DNA of 64,000 nucleotides from Escherichia coli (GTDB lineage Bacteria; Pseudomonadota; Gammaproteobacteria; Enterobacterales; Enterobacteriaceae): NCBI RefSeq assembly GCF_029227855.1, contig NZ_CP074356.1; one strand, 5' to 3'. Shown piece by piece: positions 18,701 to 31,321 of this stretch (position 1 is its first letter; each line of letters starts with the position of its first letter). The notes under the pieces were generated by a model. It saw only the letters and a program-made list of their open reading frames with translations, ran no database searches and was not told where the DNA came from. The position numbers and the translations under genes were made by a program.

Positions 18701-21310
18701 TTATGAGCCAGGATGTGTGCAAACTGCCGAAATAACAGTGACGGCTTGCTGTAAGCTTTGCTTCGGCAATACATAGTGCGCAATGCAGCGTGAGTTCGCG
18801 CCGTCTCCCCACTGAACCAGTAATTCACCAGACAATGGCGCACCACTTAAATAAACTTGCCCGTCATCACCCACCATACTGGTTATTCCGGTACTGTTTT
18901 CCCGTACCAGTGATCCAAACGGCACCGGTTTTCCGCCCTGGGTAACGGTAATGAGCGCCCGCACGCCTATGCGGGTATCAAAATTGGCACGAACCAACGC
19001 GCCTTGCGTCGGCACAACGCTGCTAATATTTTTTTCAACATCGATGGAATTCCCCATCGTATTGGTATCAAGCGCGATACGGTTATATCGATAAACCGTG
19101 GCATACGGCATTACCGCATAGCCGCGCCAGTCGGTTAAAATTCCAGTTTGATTTTCAATGCGTACACCGCCTGCGCCTGGCGCTTTAATCAAAACATTGG
19201 TATCCCCTAAAGGCTGGCTCAGCGTTATACCATTTTCATGCCCGACCACACCGCCAGACAGCTGCCAGTTAACGTCATGTTGATCGCGGTCGTAGTTATA
19301 CCCGACCCCCAGCGTACCGTAAGCGGCCTGCCAGTTTGCCGTGGCGCTGCCCGTATACCCATTATTCGAGGTATCGCCCTGGCTTACGTGATAACTCAGG
19401 TTGTGGCCTTCCAGTAAGGTCCCACCAACGCCTGCCAGCCAGCTATTTTGCCCGTTGCTGTTACGGTTGGCGTTAAAAGAGGCATAAGCGCGGTCGAGCG
19501 CATTTTCCCGGGTGTAGCGACGTTTGGTCAGAACATTGAAAGGCACTGAAACATTAAGTCCGACAATACGTTCGTTATCGGGGATCCCTACAGATTCATT
19601 CCACGAAAATGAGAGTGAATAACTGATGCCAACCCAGCTGCTGGTATACCCCACCTGATACCAGGTATCTGAATCCGAAGTATTCCAGTATTTTTGATGG
19701 GTACCAGAGATATAAAGCGAGCCAAAGTCATTAAGTGATTGTGAAATATTTAACTGCAAACGGTCTTTACGGCTAAAGCGTAAATTGTGGTAATTCACGA
19801 TTATCGGTTCATCGCGATGCTCACCGTCATAATCGTAATCATATTCGTACCCCTCCATTCGACGATACGCAACATCATCAAGGGTATAAAAACCTTGTGT
19901 CGAATAGCGGTAACCCATTAACTGAAAATTGGTGCCGAAAGTGTTCATTGATTTCGCATAGAGGAAGCGAATGGAATCCCCCTCATGACGACTGTCGTCG
20001 GCTAACTGACTGCGCGCATGCGTTACATCCAGCGACACTGCGCCCCAGTTCCCGAGATTGCGCCCCAGCCCTAATAAAAAGGCGGTGTAATTTGCAGATA
20101 ATTGCGTCCCGCCGTAGGCAGTAAATTCCTGTGGTAAACCGCCGAGTGCCGTGCCCTGAAAAAAGAAAGGCGACGATTGCTGACTATTACCGCTACGAAA
20201 ATCACCCGCCGTCAGGTCAAATTTGAAACGCCCTTCGCGTTGTAAAATTGGCACTGTTGAATACGGAATCGTGTAATTCTGCTGATTACCATCGCGCTCG
20301 TCGATGGTGACGTCCAGATCGCCATTTGAAGATGTCGGGTGCAAATCTGTAATTTCAAAAGCGCCGGGGGAAACATAGCTTTGATAGATAATAAAACCAT
20401 TTTGCCGAATCGTTAGCTGGGCCGCCGTACGGGCAATCCCACGTACCGTTGGGGCAAACCCTTGCTGGCTATCAGGATACATATTATCGGAAGAGTAAAG
20501 CCGTACACCACGAAATCCAACGCCATCGAAAATATCACTTCCTGTATTGCCGTCTCCCATTACCAGTTCACTTTTCAGCGGAATAATGGCGCGCTGTACC
20601 CAGGTGCCAATATTATTCCACTGTTCTGAATGATATCCATTTCCGCGAAAATAGTTCCAGGAACCATTGTTGCGTAAACGCCACGGGCCAATATTAATCC
20701 CGCTGAGTTCACTAAAAAAATAGCTATCGTTACCATTACCTCTGTTACCGGTGAAATTATAATTCAGGAGTAAAGCAGGAATACCTTCATCCCACTCTTC
20801 AGGCGGAATGTAACCGTGAGCGCTACTCAACAACGCTATCTGAGGAATAGTGATGTTCAGGCGCATCGCTGCAAAATCAAAGTTAATTGTGGCATCAGGT
20901 ACAGCTTTCAGTAAATTAATGCATTTATTATTTTGCTGCTGGGCTAACTCGGGGAATGCACTGCTATTAAGGCCAATTCGTTCAAGGAGTGCCTGATTAA
21001 AACAAGGCATTAACCCACCTGATTTATCACCTGTATTTACTGTCGTCGATTCAAATACGATATCCTGTGAACCAATGAACTCATCATTACGCCAGAGATC
21101 CACCCGATACACACCCGCAGGTTGATGATTACCTCTCTCAAAGCGCGATAAATCAGCAACGGATGTGCCATTCTCTAATAAAAATGCCGGGTTGAAATAA
21201 CTTTCCGCATAGCTTAAAAAGGAGGGTAAAATGGCAAGAGATGAATAACAAATTCCGGCCAGACACCAGGTATACCTCTGCGGAATATCCGTAGTAGTGG
21301 GTATTTTCAT
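18701..21310 (-). CDS. sfmD: SfmD, outer-membrane fimbrial usher
   Basis: 869 aa, with usher family size and sequence. Confidence 0.92.
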   Translation of the reverse strand: MKIPTTTDIPQRYTWCLAGICYSSLAILPSFLSYAESYFNPAFLLENGTSVADLSRFERGNHQPAGVYRVDLWRNDEFIGSQDIVFESTTVNTGDKSGGLMPCFNQALLERIGLNSSAFPELAQQQNNKCINLLKAVPDATINFDFAAMRLNITIPQIALLSSAHGYIPPEEWDEGIPALLLNYNFTGNRGNGNDSYFFSELSGINIGPWRLRNNGSWNYFRGNGYHSEQWNNIGTWVQRAIIPLKSELVMGDGNTGSDIFDGVGFRGVRLYSSDNMYPDSQQGFAPTVRGIARTAAQLTIRQNGFIIYQSYVSPGAFEITDLHPTSSNGDLDVTIDERDGNQQNYTIPYSTVPILQREGRFKFDLTAGDFRSGNSQQSSPFFFQGTALGGLPQEFTAYGGTQLSANYTAFLLGLGRNLGNWGAVSLDVTHARSQLADDSRHEGDSIRFLYAKSMNTFGTNFQLMGYRYSTQGFYTLDDVAYRRMEGYEYDYDYDGEHRDEPIIVNYHNLRFSRKDRLQLNISQSLNDFGSLYISGTHQKYWNTSDSDTWYQVGYTSSWVGISYSLSFSWNESVGIPDNERIVGLNVSVPFNVLTKRRYTRENALDRAYASFNANRNSNGQNSWLAGVGGTLLEGHNLSYHVSQGDTSNNGYTGSATANWQAAYGTLGVGYNYDRDQHDVNWQLSGGVVGHENGITLSQPLGDTNVLIKAPGAGGVRIENQTGILTDWRGYAVMPYATVYRYNRIALDTNTMGNSIDVEKNISSVVPTQGALVRANFDTRIGVRALITVTQGGKPVPFGSLVRENSTGITSMVGDDGQVYLSGAPLSGELLVQWGDGANSRCIAHYVLPKQSLQQAVTVISAVCTHPGS

Positions 21311-21340
21311 AATTAGCTCTGATATTGTCAGATGATTCGG

Positions 21341-22033
21341 TTAGTTTAAGTTCACTTCTCTGACCGGGGTTACTGAACCATAATCATTAACGGTCTGAAA
21401 TTTCAGCTTTCCCTGCACTCCTGAGGGTAAGGGAATTTGTGAATTAACTCTGGGTGCAGCCATAGCATTCCCCAGTTTTTGGCTGCCCACTTGCAAGTTA
21501 ACCAGGGTGACATAAAAAGGTGATGGATTATGAACATTGATATAGTTACCGGATCGCGAAAACTTGAGTGTGTCCGGCGCTTCTGCGGGTAATTCTTGTA
21601 ATTGAATTGGACGGAGAAATAATTTCATGCGCGATAAAATCGCCAGTTGCAAAACATTCCTGCCGTTCAATGCATTTTTATCTACCGAAGGGATCGTCTT
21701 AACATTCATCCAGAACAAAGACTCACGATCTGCCGCCAGCGGTGGACCGGTGTAAATAATACGCAAAGTATTTTCGCTTTTGGGTTCACTAACAAACAGT
21801 GGCGGTGTAATGATGAATGACTTTTCTTTTACACCGCTGCTGTTTTCAATCCACGAATTGACCAGAAAGCGCTCATTGGTATGGCTATTTCTAATCCATA
21901 CCGCAGTCTGTTTAGCATCAGCGGGATAAATAATACGCGTGGCACCTAATGCGATCCCTCCGGCAGCATGGGCGCTGGCCGAAATGATTAAATAAAATAT
22001 AATGAGCATCAATAACTTTATTTTAGTCATCAT
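21341..22033 (-). CDS. sfmC: SfmC, periplasmic fimbrial chaperone
   Basis: 230 aa, PapD-like chaperone with a signal peptide. Confidence 0.92.
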   Translation of the reverse strand: MMTKIKLLMLIIFYLIISASAHAAGGIALGATRIIYPADAKQTAVWIRNSHTNERFLVNSWIENSSGVKEKSFIITPPLFVSEPKSENTLRIIYTGPPLAADRESLFWMNVKTIPSVDKNALNGRNVLQLAILSRMKLFLRPIQLQELPAEAPDTLKFSRSGNYINVHNPSPFYVTLVNLQVGSQKLGNAMAAPRVNSQIPLPSGVQGKLKFQTVNDYGSVTPVREVNLN

Positions 22034-22252
22034 AGTTAATACGCCTTGTGTATTCCTGACGGCAAAAATAAGGAGTATAAAGAAATGATTGCTTTGGTTT
22101 CTTACAACACATCATTCCCTTTTCATTTAATAAAGCGGCATGATACAAAGTGAGCGTGATTTCGATTTACATTGCCACCATACCGCTTCAGACAACCGGT
22201 ACATTACTTTGTTATAAGACGTGATATATAATTCAAAACAACGTGGTTTTGA

Positions 22253-22795
22253 TTATTCGTATCTCATAATAAAAGTCGCGTCAGCATTTGCTTGCCCTGC
22301 TGATGCACTTGTACCGGTGCCTTTATAACGTGCAGAAAAATGAAGAACGTTGGTCCCGGGGATCAAGTTCTGGTTGGTTGAGAAGCTATTCCCATCAGGT
22401 TTGAGAATTGCGGATGTATTATCAAGTATTTCAATACCGACACCCGTTGCTGTTGTTGTATTAGTACTGGATGCAATGGCCAATAAATTATCATTGATTG
22501 CATCCGCCTGACCAGAAAATGCAACGGCAGCATTAGCGGCAACGACAGGATCGCAGTCGTTCAACTGTATAGTGAATGGAATTAATGCAGAGGTATTACC
22601 AACAGCATTGAAAATATCGGTACGATATTGACCGAGTGTGACAACCTGGTCTGCCGAGTCAGTATTCACTGAACAGGCAGCATTCACCAGTTCGCCTTCA
22701 AAGTGAATTGTACCGCCATCTACAACGGCAGCATAACTACCCGTAGCGGCGAATAGTGCGGCGGCCAGCGCAGACGAAATAAATCTTAATTTCAT
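22253..22795 (-). CDS. sfmA: SfmA, fimbrial major subunit
   Basis: 180 aa from [22 protein letters not shown]. Confidence 0.9.
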   Translation of the reverse strand: MKLRFISSALAAALFAATGSYAAVVDGGTIHFEGELVNAACSVNTDSADQVVTLGQYRTDIFNAVGNTSALIPFTIQLNDCDPVVAANAAVAFSGQADAINDNLLAIASSTNTTTATGVGIEILDNTSAILKPDGNSFSTNQNLIPGTNVLHFSARYKGTGTSASAGQANADATFIMRYE

Positions 22796-23265
22796 ATATA
22801 TTCCTTCAATCTCATTTATCGACTCCACATCCGTATATAACCGATTACTTTATTTAAGACACTGATAGTAGTAAATTCCTTTTTATCCTCTAAGAATGTC
22901 TTAATTGAAAATATGCACTCTATTCTAAAAAATAGAGAGCCCCGTTAGATGAATACTTCCGCGCAAAATATATTCAACACAAATATAGACCTGAAGCGGT
23001 AAATTACCAGGCTGAAAATTCTTTTTATATTGTCAGGTATTTCTTAAATTATCTTAATCCTTTGACAAGGAAATAAGTCAGTTCCAGATTTACAACGCCA
23101 TCATGGACGAAAAATGAAGCTTTCAATCTCAGCGACAGTGCGCCTCACCTTCGCACGAGGTCGCTTCACGCGATAAATCTGAAACGAAACCTGACAGCGC
23201 GCCCCGCTTCTGACAAAATAGGCGCATCCCCTTCGACCTACGTAACAGATGGAATCCTCTCTCTG

Positions 23266-24132
23266 ATGGCAGCAAAGATTATTGACGGTAAAACGATTGC
23301 GCAGCAGGTGCGCTCTGAAGTTGCTCAAAAAGTTCAGGCGCGTATTGCAGCCGGACTGCGGGCACCAGGACTGGCCGTTGTGCTGGTGGGTAGTAACCCT
23401 GCATCGCAAATTTATGTCGCAAGCAAACGCAAGGCTTGTGAAGAAGTCGGGTTCGTCTCCCGCTCTTACGACCTCCCGGAAACCACCAGCGAAGCGGAGC
23501 TGCTGGAGCTTATCGATACGCTGAATGCCGACAACACCATCGATGGCATTCTGGTTCAACTGCCGTTACCGGCGGGTATTGATAACGTCAAAGTGCTGGA
23601 ACGTATACACCCGGACAAAGACGTAGACGGTTTCCATCCTTATAACGTCGGTCGCCTGTGCCAGCGCGCGCCGCGTCTGCGTCCCTGCACCCCGCGCGGT
23701 ATTGTCACGCTGCTTGAGCGTTACAACATTGATACCTTCGGCCTCAACGCCGTGGTGATTGGCGCATCGAATATCGTTGGCCGCCCGATGAGCATGGAAC
23801 TGCTACTGGCAGGTTGCACCACCACCGTGACTCACCGTTTCACTAAAAATCTGCGTCACCACGTAGAAAATGCCGATCTATTGATCGTTGCCGTCGGTAA
23901 GCCAGGCTTTATTCCCGGTGACTGGATCAAAGAAGGCGCAATTGTGATTGATGTCGGCATCAACCGTCTGGAAAATGGCAAAGTTGTGGGCGACGTCGTG
24001 TTTGAAGACGCGGCTAAACGCGCCTCATACATTACGCCTGTTCCCGGCGGCGTTGGCCCGATGACGGTTGCCACGCTGATTGAAAACACGCTACAGGCGT
24101 GCGTTGAATATCATGATCCACAGGGTGAGTAA
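23266..24132 (+). CDS. folD: FolD, bifunctional methylenetetrahydrofolate dehydrogenase/cyclohydrolase
   Basis: 288 aa, [19 protein letters not shown]... Confidence 0.95.
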   Translation: MAAKIIDGKTIAQQVRSEVAQKVQARIAAGLRAPGLAVVLVGSNPASQIYVASKRKACEEVGFVSRSYDLPETTSEAELLELIDTLNADNTIDGILVQLPLPAGIDNVKVLERIHPDKDVDGFHPYNVGRLCQRAPRLRPCTPRGIVTLLERYNIDTFGLNAVVIGASNIVGRPMSMELLLAGCTTTVTHRFTKNLRHHVENADLLIVAVGKPGFIPGDWIKEGAIVIDVGINRLENGKVVGDVVFEDAAKRASYITPVPGGVGPMTVATLIENTLQACVEYHDPQGE

Positions 24133-24133
24133 C

Positions 24134-24346
24134 ATGGCGACATTTTCTTTAGGTAAACATCCGCACGTTGAGCTGTGCGACTTGCTGAAACTGGAAGGCT
24201 GGAGCGAAAGCGGCGCGCAGGCGAAAATCGCGATTGCCGAAGGCCAGGTGAAAGTCGACGGTGCGGTTGAAACGCGCAAACGCTGCAAAATCGTCGCCGG
24301 GCAGACAGTGAGTTTTGCAGGTCACAGCGTACAGGTTGTTGCCTGA
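24134..24346 (+). CDS. ybcJ: YbcJ, S4-domain RNA-binding protein
   Basis: 70 aa from MATFSLGKHPHVELCDLL, starting immediately after the folD stop. Confidence 0.85.
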   Translation: MATFSLGKHPHVELCDLLKLEGWSESGAQAKIAIAEGQVKVDGAVETRKRCKIVAGQTVSFAGHSVQVVA

Positions 24347-24353
24347 TCCCTTT

Positions 24354-24386
24354 CCCGGCCTGTAACAACAGGCCGGTTCTCTTTTC
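24354..24386 (+). terminator. Rho-independent terminator after ybcJ
   Basis: Hairpin ccggcctgt/acaggccgg followed by a T-rich tract. Confidence 0.6.
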
Positions 24387-24453
24387 AGACTTTTGCCCTC
24401 TACGCCCCATTCATCCATGCTGATAGCATCGACATTTTGCCGAAGCGATCATC

Positions 24454-24975
24454 ATGCCAACCGTTATTACGCACGCCGCCGTTCCCCTTTGCATTGGTTT
24501 AGGGTTGGGTTCGAAAGTCATCCCTCCGCGTCTTTTATTTGCCGGAATCGTCCTGGCGATGCTGCCTGATGCCGACGTATTGTCGTTTAAATTTGGCGTT
24601 GCTTACGGCAATGTTTTTGGTCATCGCGGGTTTACCCATTCGCTGGTGTTTGCGTTTGTTGTCCCGCTGTTATGTGTGCTGATTGGACGTCGATGGTTCA
24701 GGGCTGGGCTGATTCGCTGCTGGCTGTTTTTAACCGTCTCGTTGTTATCGCACAGCTTGCTGGATTCGGTAACCACTGGCGGTAAGGGCGTTGGCTGGCT
24801 GTGGCCGTGGTCAGATGAACGCTTTTTCGCTCCCTGGCAGGTGATTAAAGTCGCGCCGTTTGCATTGTCTCGTTACACCACGCCGTACGGACATCAGGTG
24901 ATTATTTCTGAATTGATGTGGGTGTGGTTGCCGGGGATGCTACTGATGGGAATGTTGTGGTGGTGCAGGCGATAA
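24454..24975 (+). CDS. ybcI: YbcI, inner-membrane metal-dependent hydrolase family protein
   Basis: 173 aa, hydrophobic. Confidence 0.85.
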   Translation: MPTVITHAAVPLCIGLGLGSKVIPPRLLFAGIVLAMLPDADVLSFKFGVAYGNVFGHRGFTHSLVFAFVVPLLCVLIGRRWFRAGLIRCWLFLTVSLLSHSLLDSVTTGGKGVGWLWPWSDERFFAPWQVIKVAPFALSRYTTPYGHQVIISELMWVWLPGMLLMGMLWWCRR

Positions 24976-24999
24976 CCGGATGCGAAAACTCGCATCCGG
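24976..24999. terminator. Bidirectional hairpin terminator between convergent ybcI and cysS
   Basis: Inverted repeat ccggatgcg(aaaact)cgcatccgg. Confidence 0.55.
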
Positions 25000-25010
25000 C
25001 AATAGCGCAA

Positions 25011-26396
25011 TTACTTACGACGCCAGGTGGTCCCTTGCGGGCCATCTTCCAGCACGATCCCCATCTCGTTAAGACGGTCACGCGCCGCATCTGCCGCCGC
25101 CCAGTCTTTCGCTTTACGGGCATCCAGACGCTGTTGAATTAACGCTTCAATCTCAGCCACTTCACTGTCGTCTGCCTGCGCGCCGCTTTGCAGGAACGCT
25201 TCCGGTTCTTGCTCCAGCAGGCCCAATACAGCGGAAAGTTTACGCAGATGAGACGCCATTGCATTCGCCGCTGCCATATCTTCTGCTTTCAGACGGTTCA
25301 CTTCACGGGCCATATCAAACAGCACGGAATAGGCTTCCGGGGTGTTGAAATCGTCGTCCATCGCTTCAATAAAGCGCGCTTCAAACGCTTCCCCACCGGC
25401 AGGCGCAACGGTTTTATCTGTGCCGCGCAGCGCAGTGTAGAGACGCTCCAGCGCCGCACGCGCCTGCTTCAGGTTCTCTTCGCTGTAGTTCAACTGGCTG
25501 CGATAGTGCCCCGACATCAGGAAGTAACGCACGGTTTCGGCATCGTAGTATTTCAGCACATCGCGCACGGTGAAGAAGTTACCCAGCGATTTGGACATCT
25601 TCTCGCGGTCAACCATTACCATCCCGGAGTGCATCCAGTAGTTCACATACTGACCATCATGCGCACAGGTGGACTGAGCGATTTCGTTTTCGTGGTGCGG
25701 GAACATCAGGTCTGAACCGCCGCCGTGAATATCAAAGTGGTTACCCAGCTGCTTGCAGTTCATTGCCGAACATTCAATGTGCCAGCCTGGACGGCCCGCG
25801 CCCCACGGCGACGGCCAGCTCGGTTCGCCCTCTTTCGACATCTTCCACAGAACGAAATCCATCGGGTTGCGTTTGTCGTCGACCACGTCAACGCGCGCGC
25901 CTGCCTGCAGCTGGTCGAGATCCTGACGCGACAGCACGCCATATGTCGGATCGGTCGGTACGTCAAACATCACGTCGCCGTTGTCCGCCACATAAGCGTG
26001 ACCTTTGGCGATCAGTTGTTCAGTGAGTTCAATAATTTCTGCGATATGGTGCGTCGCGCGCGGCTCCATATCCGGGCGCAGAATGTTCAAAGCATCAAAA
26101 TCTTTGTGCATTTCGGCGATCATGCGATCCACCAGCGCCACAAAGCTTTCGCCATTTTCATTGGCGCGTTTGATGATTTTGTCATCGATATCAGTAATGT
26201 TGCGCACATACTTCAGCTTATAGCCGAGGAAACGCAGATAGCGCGCAACCACGTCAAAGGCAACAAAGGTACGCCCGTGACCGATATGACAGAGATCGTA
26301 AACGGTGATTCCACACACGTACATGCCGACTTCCCCGGCGTGAATAGGCTTAAATTCCTCTTTTTGGCGTGTCAGAGTATTGAAGATTTTTAGCAT
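25011..26396 (-). CDS. cysS: Cysteinyl-tRNA synthetase
   Basis: 461 aa, with HIGH ([16 protein letters not shown]) and KMSKS motifs present. Confidence 0.96.
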
Positions 26397-26569
26397 CGAA
26401 GATTCCGTTTAGACATGTGTGGGTAATTGAGTTGCGTATAATACCCATATTTCCCGCGCGAATCAGCATACATTGCGTGATGATCCGATCGTGCGGTTAT
26501 GCTATAACACCACCCTATATATGACCCGAACCGGGTTGAAGCACCAATCAAACGGAACAGGATGCAAAA

Positions 26570-27064
26570 ATGGTTACTTTCCACACCAATCACGGCGATA
26601 TTGTCATCAAAACTTTTGACGATAAAGCACCTGAAACAGTTAAAAACTTCCTGGACTACTGCCGCGAAGGTTTTTACAACAACACCATTTTCCACCGTGT
26701 AATCAACGGCTTTATGATTCAGGGCGGCGGTTTTGAGCCGGGCATGAAGCAAAAAACCACCAAAGACCCGATCAAAAACGAAGCCAACAACGGTCTGAAA
26801 AATACCCGTGGTACGCTGGCAATGGCCCGTACTCAGGCACCGCACTCTGCAACTGCACAGTTCTTCATCAACGTGGTTGATAACGACTTCCTGAACTTCT
26901 CTGGCGAAAGCCTGCAAGGTTGGGGTTACTGCGTGTTTGCTGAAGTGGTTGAAGGCATGGACGTGGTAGACAAAATCAAAGGTGTGGCAACCGGTCGTAG
27001 CGGTATGCACCAGGACGTGCCAAAAGAAGACGTTATCATTGAAAGCGTGACCGTTAGCGAGTAA
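26570..27064 (+). CDS. ppiB: Peptidyl-prolyl cis-trans isomerase B (cyclophilin)
   Basis: 164 aa, [30 protein letters not shown]. Confidence 0.95.
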   Translation: MVTFHTNHGDIVIKTFDDKAPETVKNFLDYCREGFYNNTIFHRVINGFMIQGGGFEPGMKQKTTKDPIKNEANNGLKNTRGTLAMARTQAPHSATAQFFINVVDNDFLNFSGESLQGWGYCVFAEVVEGMDVVDKIKGVATGRSGMHQDVPKEDVIIESVTVSE

Positions 27065-27066
27065 TC

Positions 27067-27789
27067 GTGGCGACACTCTTTATTGCAGATCTTCATCTCT
27101 GCGCGGAAGAACCGGCGATCACCGCCGGTTTTCTGCGTTTTTTAGCGGGGGAAGCCCGCAAGGCCGACGCGCTGTATATTCTTGGCGATCTGTTTGAAGC
27201 GTGGATTGGCGACGACGATCCCAACCCACTCCATCGCCAGATGGCGGCAGCGATCAAAGCGGTGTCCGATTCCGGTGTTCCCTGTTATTTCATTCATGGC
27301 AACCGTGATTTTCTGCTCGGCAAACGCTTTGCCCGTGAAAGCGGCATGACGTTATTGCCGGAAGAAAAGGTGCTCGAACTGTATGGTCGCCGGGTATTGA
27401 TTATGCATGGCGACACGCTGTGCACCGATGACGCCGGTTATCAGGCTTTTCGCGCCAAAGTCCACAAACCCTGGCTGCAAACGCTATTCCTCGCCCTGCC
27501 GTTGTTTGTGCGCAAACGCATTGCCGCGCGAATGCGAGCGAACAGCAAAGAAGCCAACAGCAGTAAATCGCTGGCGATCATGGACGTTAACCAAAACGCG
27601 GTGGTCAGTGCGATGGAAAAACATCAGGTGCAATGGCTGATTCACGGGCATACCCATCGCCCGGCAGTACATGAACTTATCGCCAATCAGCAACCTGCTT
27701 TCCGCGTCGTGCTGGGTGCCTGGCATACTGAAGGTTCAATGGTGAAAGTCACGGCAGATGACGTTGAGCTGATTCATTTTCCGTTTTAA
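27067..27789 (+). CDS. lpxH: UDP-2,3-diacylglucosamine hydrolase
   Basis: 240 aa with a calcineurin-like metallophosphoesterase motif (DLHL...GDLFE...GNRD). Confidence 0.95.
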   Translation: MATLFIADLHLCAEEPAITAGFLRFLAGEARKADALYILGDLFEAWIGDDDPNPLHRQMAAAIKAVSDSGVPCYFIHGNRDFLLGKRFARESGMTLLPEEKVLELYGRRVLIMHGDTLCTDDAGYQAFRAKVHKPWLQTLFLALPLFVRKRIAARMRANSKEANSSKSLAIMDVNQNAVVSAMEKHQVQWLIHGHTHRPAVHELIANQQPAFRVVLGAWHTEGSMVKVTADDVELIHFPF

Positions 27790-27905
27790 ATACCCGCAAC
27801 TTTGCTGATTTCACAGCCACGCAACCGTTTTCCTTGCTCTCTTTCCGTGCTATTCTCTGTGCCCTCTAAAGCCGAGAGTTGTGCACCACAGGAGTTTTAA
27901 GACGC

Positions 27906-28415
27906 ATGTCTTCCCGCAATAATCCGGCGCGTGTCGCCATCGTGATGGGGTCCAAAAGCGACTGGGCTACCATGCAGTTCGCCGCCGAAATCTTCGAAAT
28001 CCTGAATGTCCCACACCACGTTGAAGTGGTTTCTGCTCACCGCACCCCCGATAAACTGTTCAGCTTCGCCGAAAGTGCCGAAGAGAACGGTTATCAGGTG
28101 ATTATTGCGGGCGCAGGCGGCGCAGCGCACCTGCCAGGCATGATTGCCGCCAAAACGCTGGTGCCAGTGCTGGGCGTGCCAGTACAGAGCGCCGCACTGA
28201 GCGGTGTCGATAGCCTCTACTCCATCGTACAAATGCCGCGCGGCATTCCGGTGGGTACACTGGCGATTGGTAAAGCTGGCGCGGCAAACGCGGCGTTACT
28301 GGCAGCACAAATTCTTGCAACTCATGATAAAGAGCTACACCAGCGTCTGAATGACTGGCGCAAAGCCCAAACTGACGAAGTGCTGGAAAACCCGGACCCG
28401 CGAGGTGCGGCATGA
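27906..28415 (+). CDS. purE: N5-carboxyaminoimidazole ribonucleotide mutase
   Basis: 169 aa from [20 protein letters not shown]. Confidence 0.95.
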   Translation: MSSRNNPARVAIVMGSKSDWATMQFAAEIFEILNVPHHVEVVSAHRTPDKLFSFAESAEENGYQVIIAGAGGAAHLPGMIAAKTLVPVLGVPVQSAALSGVDSLYSIVQMPRGIPVGTLAIGKAGAANAALLAAQILATHDKELHQRLNDWRKAQTDEVLENPDPRGAA

Positions 28416-29479
28416 AACAGGTTTGCGTCCTCGGTAACGGGCAGTTAGGCCGTATGCTGCGTCAGGCAGGCGAACCGTTAGGCATTGCTGTCTGGCCAGT
28501 CGGGCTGGACGCTGAACCGGCGGCGGTGCCTTTTCAACAAAGTGTGATTACCGCTGAGATCGAACGCTGGCCGGAAACCGCATTAACCCGCGAGCTGGCG
28601 CGCCATCCGGCCTTTGTGAACCGCGATGTATTCCCGATTATTGCTGACCGTCTGACTCAGAAGCAGCTTTTCGATAAGCTCCACCTGCCGACCGCACCGT
28701 GGCAGTTACTTGCCGATCGCAGCGAGTGGCCTGCGGTGTTTGATCGTTTAGGTGAGCTGGCGATTGTTAAGCGTCGCACTGGTGGCTATGACGGACGCGG
28801 TCAATGGCGTTTACGCGCCGATGAAACCGAACAGTTACCGGCTGAATCCTACGGCGAATGTATTGTCGAGCAGGGCATAAACTTCTCTGGTGAAGTGTCG
28901 CTGGTTGGTGCGCGCGGCTTTGATGGCAGCACCGTATTTTATCCGCTGACGCATAACCTGCATCAGGACGGTATTTTACGCACCAGCGTCGCTTTCCCGC
29001 AGGCCAACGCGCAGCAACAGGCACAAGCTGAAGAGATGTTGTCGGCGATTATGCAGGAGCTGGGCTATGTGGGCGTGATGGCGATGGAGTGTTTTGTCAC
29101 CCCGCAAGGTCTGCTGATCAACGAACTGGCTCCGCGTGTGCATAACAGCGGTCACTGGACACAAAACGGTGCCAGCATCAGCCAGTTTGAGCTGCATCTG
29201 CGGGCGATTACCGATCTGCCGTTACCGCAACCGGTAGTGAATAGCCCGTCGGTGATGATCAACCTGATTGGTAGCGATGTGAATTATGACTGGCTGAAAC
29301 TGCCGCTAGTGCATCTGCACTGGTACGACAAAGAAGTCCGTCCGGGGCGTAAAGTGGGGCATCTGAATTTGACCGACAGCGACACATCGCGTCTGACCGC
29401 GACGCTGGAAGCCTTAATCCCGCTGCTGCCGCCGGAGTATGCCAGTGGCGTGATTTGGGCGCAGAGTAAGTTCAGTTAA
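28412..29479 (+). CDS. purK: N5-carboxyaminoimidazole ribonucleotide synthase
   Basis: 355 aa with an ATP-grasp fold; the start overlaps the purE stop. Confidence 0.95.
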   Translation: MKQVCVLGNGQLGRMLRQAGEPLGIAVWPVGLDAEPAAVPFQQSVITAEIERWPETALTRELARHPAFVNRDVFPIIADRLTQKQLFDKLHLPTAPWQLLADRSEWPAVFDRLGELAIVKRRTGGYDGRGQWRLRADETEQLPAESYGECIVEQGINFSGEVSLVGARGFDGSTVFYPLTHNLHQDGILRTSVAFPQANAQQQAQAEEMLSAIMQELGYVGVMAMECFVTPQGLLINELAPRVHNSGHWTQNGASISQFELHLRAITDLPLPQPVVNSPSVMINLIGSDVNYDWLKLPLVHLHWYDKEVRPGRKVGHLNLTDSDTSRLTATLEALIPLLPPEYASGVIWAQSKFS

Positions 29480-29499
29480 CCTGGTGCACATATTCTTAC

Positions 29500-29590
29500 C
29501 GGATTCGGCGTGAACGCCTTATCCGGCTTAACGCTCCGGTACCCATTGTAGGCCTGATAAGACGCGTCAAGCGTCGCATCAGGCACAAAT
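29500..29590. repeat. REP/PU-type extragenic palindromes
   Basis: gccttatccggc and gcctgataagacgcgtcaagcgtcgcatcaggc palindromes lie between convergent purK and ybcF. Confidence 0.65.
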
Positions 29591-29605
29591 GTCTAATGCC
29601 TACGA

Positions 29606-30499
29606 CTACAGCGAAATACAGGTCCCCGCTTCGCCCGCCAGCGTCTCTTCAATCCGCGATAACGCCCCAATCCACGCAGGTTTGCCACGGCTTCTGACAT
29701 AGCCACTCACCGCCGTTACCTTCGGCCCCATCGAACCATCGGCTTTGGCAAATGGCGCTAACTCATCCGGTGTGGCACGGCGAATGGCGCGTTGCTGCGG
29801 CGTTCCCCAGTTTTCATAAACCGCGTCAGCATCGGTGAGGATCACCAGCCCATCGGCGTTAATCTGCTCAGCGAGCAACGCAGCGGCGAGATCTTTATCA
29901 ATCACTGCTTCACTCCCTGCTCCGTCATCCGTCACAGGCACACCGCCGCCGCCACTGCAAATCACCACATGCCCCTCTTTGAGCAACAACTCGATGGCTT
30001 CGCTGTCGAGAATTTTACGCGGTTGCGGAGACGCCACCACCCGGCGCAAATATTTACCATCACGTTTCATCTGCCAGCCGTAAGCCGCTTCCAGTGCCTC
30101 TTGTTCTTCTGGCTGATAAACCGGACCGATAAACTTCTCTGGCTGCAAAAACGCCGGATCATCAGGCGAAATCTCAATGCGCGTCAGCACCGTCGTCACG
30201 GGCGGCATCTGCGGCTGTGCGCTCAAGCTCTGCGCCAGCATATAGCCAATCATCCCCTGGCTTTCCGCCACCAGCACATCCAGCGGATACGGTTCTACCT
30301 CTTTCCACGCCAGATTCTGTAACGCCAGCAGCCCCACCTGCGGCCCGTTGCCGTGAACAATCGCCAGCCGATAAGAACGGGCCAGGCGCGCCAGCGCAGG
30401 TACAGCGCTGGCGATATTGCGATATTGATTTTCTGCCGTCAGCGCCTCACCGCGCTGAAGCAAGGCATTGCCCCCAAGAGCTACAACCAGTGTTTTCAT
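29606..30499 (-). CDS. ybcF: Carbamate kinase
   Basis: 297 aa, [18 protein letters not shown]..., carbamate kinase family. Confidence 0.88.
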   Translation of the reverse strand: MKTLVVALGGNALLQRGEALTAENQYRNIASAVPALARLARSYRLAIVHGNGPQVGLLALQNLAWKEVEPYPLDVLVAESQGMIGYMLAQSLSAQPQMPPVTTVLTRIEISPDDPAFLQPEKFIGPVYQPEEQEALEAAYGWQMKRDGKYLRRVVASPQPRKILDSEAIELLLKEGHVVICSGGGGVPVTDDGAGSEAVIDKDLAAALLAEQINADGLVILTDADAVYENWGTPQQRAIRRATPDELAPFAKADGSMGPKVTAVSGYVRSRGKPAWIGALSRIEETLAGEAGTCISL

Positions 30500-31311
30500 G
30501 GTTTTCCTTGTAATAATTGTTGACCAAGCCAGAACCCCAGCAGCGTATCGGCCCCTGACGTGTGCCCCAGCGCCAGCAGCGAATCAATCGCAACAGCGGT
30601 ACGTTTCGGGCAACTCAGAGCATGGACAAAGTGCAGGAGTGGCGAGGCGAAATATCCTTGCGCGGCATAACGTAAATAACTGACGCTCACCGCTGTGGTA
30701 ACGAGTTGAAGATTGTCGGAACAGACAAAAAATGGGCGACCGGAGCGCGCATCTAAAGCGCCATAATACCAGGCCGCCAGCAGCATTCCGCTCAGCGTGT
30801 CATCATGACTCGGCGTTAATCCCGGACCTTTGCCCAGCCAGTGCCGCCAGTCGGTCTTCACGCCATTGAGCGCGGCCTGAAAACAGTGGCGAAACTGGCG
30901 TAATTCAGCAGGAAGCGGATCGCCTGCCGCCAACGCCAGTGGCCCGAAAAGCCCGGTTTCCTCCGCGCGTTGCATCCATGCAGCTGCAAGCGGTTGAGGA
31001 TGCGCAGGCGGCGTAATACGCAGCAAACAATAACGCTGTGGCTGTTTAACCGTGAAACGTCCGAGGCGAATCCCTTGAGCCACTACCTTCGGTCGTTCAT
31101 TGCCGCATAATCCACCGCATAACGCATCGAATTGCGCGCGTCGAAGCACCCATCCTCCGGGGCCGAAACCACTACCCTGACGATGCAGCGTTAACAGTTC
31201 GCCGCTTTCCGTCATCAGGTTAATCGCCCGCCGCCACACGCCCGCTAACCGCCAGGACTGGCGATAATTCGGTGCGCTACGGCTGGCAAGCAGAGGATGG
31301 ATGATTGTCAT
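30496..31311 (-). CDS. ylbF: YlbF (DUF2877) protein of the allantoin/oxamate cluster
   Basis: 271 aa from [12 protein letters not shown]; the stop overlaps the ybcF start. Confidence 0.8.
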   Translation of the reverse strand: MTIIHPLLASRSAPNYRQSWRLAGVWRRAINLMTESGELLTLHRQGSGFGPGGWVLRRAQFDALCGGLCGNERPKVVAQGIRLGRFTVKQPQRYCLLRITPPAHPQPLAAAWMQRAEETGLFGPLALAAGDPLPAELRQFRHCFQAALNGVKTDWRHWLGKGPGLTPSHDDTLSGMLLAAWYYGALDARSGRPFFVCSDNLQLVTTAVSVSYLRYAAQGYFASPLLHFVHALSCPKRTAVAIDSLLALGHTSGADTLLGFWLGQQLLQGKP

Positions 31312-31321
31312 TGCGTGTTCC

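Noticed and set aside
23101-23559. 152-aa minus-strand ORF overlapping the folD start
   Set aside because: folD is unambiguous on the plus strand. The antisense ORF extends into the sfmA-folD intergenic region without coding features.
25188-26393. Two plus-strand ORFs (175 and 222 aa) antisense to cysS
   Set aside because: cysS on the minus strand has clear HIGH/KMSKS motifs and correct length. The antisense frames show no motifs or RBS.
29792-30513. Plus-strand ORFs (176, 82 and 98 aa) within ybcF
   Set aside because: Antisense to the carbamate kinase gene, with Arg/His-rich translations.
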